From the NCBI GenBank assembly GCA_043228905.1, contig JBHGNT010000009.1, positions 372,001 through 436,000 on the forward strand: a stretch of DNA of 64,000 nucleotides. The letters are read 5' to 3'. Below, in pieces: positions 61,992 through 64,000 of the stretch. Positions within the stretch are counted from its first letter, which is position 1. Each line of letters starts with the position of its first letter. A program made the translations under genes and the position numbers. The notes below the pieces were generated by a model. It saw only the letters and a program-made list of their open reading frames with translations. It searched no databases and was not told where the DNA came from. Origin of the DNA: Azolla caroliniana (taxonomy: Eukaryota > Plantae > Polypodiophyta).

Positions 61992-64000
61992 ATCACGACC
62001 TACACTCTGTCACACGCAGGTATTCACAAGAATCGAATGCTTCTTGATCTTCCGCACAGACGACCTTCCTCGACATCAACATCTGGTATCAGAGCAGAGG
62101 TTCGGCCGTCATCACGGCCTGCACAGTATTCGCGTCATTCGAAGAAAGAGAGAAGAAGAACAAAAACGAGGTCTGCACCTCATCGCGTTAGATCCTCTTG
62201 CTTGGAGTAAGCCATCAGGTTGTACTCTGTCCTTCGTGATCGTAACCGCTCGAGGTGAAATCCCCTTGTGCAACATTGACACGATCGTGCTCCATTCGGT
62301 TAAACGGCATCCGAAGAGGTCATCAATCGCCGCTCGTTGTAACCACTCGGTGCAGATCGGTCTCAAGACAACAACCCCAATTCGTGCTTCATCCGGCTGA
62401 TCGACATTCGAGAGGATCAGTTGGATCCATCTCTCTCGTCGCTGCAGCCACCCGAAGCAGAATCGGTTCAGATAATCGGTTTTAATAATCGGTATTCGGC
62501 AGATATATCCGAAGCGAACCGGACTCACTCCGACTCGGTAACATTCGGGAAGACCAGTCGGTTCTGTCCCTCAAGCTACCGAAGTCAATTCGAGCAAGCT
62601 CCGAAGCCGAACCTACTCGGGTTCAAATCCGACTAGAACGATATCGGGTGAGCCAACCGGCTGCACTCCAACAAGGTTCGTAGTCGACTCCGAACCGAGC
62701 TTCGTCAACCGAAACCGAATTTGATGGCATCAACATCCGGCTCGTCAGAAATGAGTCTACGAAAGTTCGATGGATCGAACTTTAACTTCTGGAAGGAGCA
62801 AATGCAGGACTATCTCATAGTCAAGGGGCAAATCGATCCCATCGAAAATGAAGAACCTCCAGAAGGATACAAACCAATCGAGTGGCAGAAGCTGGACAGA
62901 ATCGTCCGCGCCACGATTCGGATGCACCTATCGGAATCGGTATATTTTACGGTGCAATCGTGTACGACAGCATTCGAACTGTGGAAAACACTGTCGGACA
63001 CTTACGAAAAGAAGGTCGCCGCAACGAAGATGTTTCTGATCCGGCGCCTCTACAACTTGCGGATGAAAGAATCCGATTCGGTCCAAGCACACCTCAATGA
63101 GTACGAAAGCATAAGCTCCCAAATCTCGTCACAGGGGACGGCAATCGAGGATGAACTCAGAGCAATGATACTCATGAGCAGCCTTCCCTCATCATGGGAA
63201 ACTTTCGTCACAACCGTGTGCAACGCGTCAACCACGGCTGTTAAATACTCCGAAGTCACGAGCGCAATCCTGACCGAAGCAGCTCGGAGAAAGTCTTTCG
63301 CCAAAGACTCAACAGACGACGCTTATGTAGTACAAGGTTCGACAGACCGATCGAACATACGAGGAAGAGATTCCTCACGACCGCCGAACAATCAGCGAAG
63401 ACGGAGCCAGTCACGGGATAACCGAATCTGCAACTATTGCAAGAAACCCGGACACATCAAAGCCGACTGCCGCGCACTCAAGAACAAAAACAACAAGAAG
63501 AGTGGCCGGCATGAGGAGATCAATTACGTCAGCTTCTCAGCTGATGTACTACCGGACGACCCGAATATACTATCAATCGAAAATCCCGTCGGATCAGAAG
63601 TTCTACTCACGACTGAAGAATCGAGCACATGGCTCCTAGATTCGGGCGCGTCATTTCACGTGACTCCTCATCGATCCCAATTTCGGCAATATACGATCCG
63701 TCACTCCGACTCAGTTCGAGTCGGCAACTCGCAACACTGTGACATCATCGGAATCGGCACAGTAGAGCTCAACCTTGCAGGTGGCTCTACACTTGTACTC
63801 CACAATGTCCGACATGTACCCGAGCTCTCAAGGCCATTGATCTCAGTCGGACAACTAGATGAAGACGGCATTCGTGCCGGTTTTTCTTCGGGAGGGTGGA
63901 CACTCCATAGGGGGAACCTCCTGCTTGCTAGAGGACCCAAGATACACTCACTGTATCCGTTACATGTTACACTCAGAGAGGGTAACCTGTTTTTGGTGGA
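61771..64000 (+). mobile_element. Copia element F (related to A), nested in gag of E, runs off window
   Basis: LTR 61771-62081 (TGTCG...CAACA) and PBS tggtatcagagc at 62084. Confidence 0.9.
62724..64000 (+). CDS. Copia gag-protease (partial, open to window end)
   Basis: MASTSGSSEMSLRKFDGSNFNFWKEQMQDYL...CNYCKKPGHIKADC...WLLDSGASFH. No stop is seen before the end of the window. Confidence 0.88.
   Translation, partial: MASTSGSSEMSLRKFDGSNFNFWKEQMQDYLIVKGQIDPIENEEPPEGYKPIEWQKLDRIVRATIRMHLSESVYFTVQSCTTAFELWKTLSDTYEKKVAATKMFLIRRLYNLRMKESDSVQAHLNEYESISSQISSQGTAIEDELRAMILMSSLPSSWETFVTTVCNASTTAVKYSEVTSAILTEAARRKSFAKDSTDDAYVVQGSTDRSNIRGRDSSRPPNNQRRRSQSRDNRICNYCKKPGHIKADCRALKNKNNKKSGRHEEINYVSFSADVLPDDPNILSIENPVGSEVLLTTEESSTWLLDSGASFHVTPHRSQFRQYTIRHSDSVRVGNSQHCDIIGIGTVELNLAGGSTLVLHNVRHVPELSRPLISVGQLDEDGIRAGFSSGGWTLHRGNLLLARGPKIHSLYPLHVTLREGNLFLV

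Overview
AT-rich land-plant nuclear DNA (spliceosomal GT-AG introns, plant Ty1/copia elements, plant genes), mostly transposon-derived. The most notable feature is a ~9.3-kb cut-and-paste DNA transposon at 311-9613 with 36-bp TIRs and a 4-bp CAAG target-site duplication. It carries (i) a Sola/DUF7869-like DDD transposase on +, (ii) a divergently oriented, intron-containing ~930-aa cargo gene on - that fuses a ParB/Srx-like domain to a bacterial-type beta-class amino (N4-C/N6-A) DNA methyltransferase, and (iii) between the two, about 11 copies of a 25-bp CpG-rich palindrome (GAACTCGATACG-S-CGTATCGAGTTC) spaced every 51 bp, reminiscent of parS/operator sites. This copy appears recently inactivated by a few C-to-T transitions. 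The rest of the window holds an intact-ORF copia element (10691-15790, -), tRNA-derived SINE copies, an AN1 zinc-finger gene (20972-21526), a 4-exon plant gene of unknown function (31417-34445), a ~152-bp tandem repeat, and a deeply nested copia cluster (37334-64000). That cluster includes a solo-LTR-like insert carrying a tRNA-Arg(CCT)-like sequence and an RTE-like LINE fragment. All calls were made by eye; no database searches were run.
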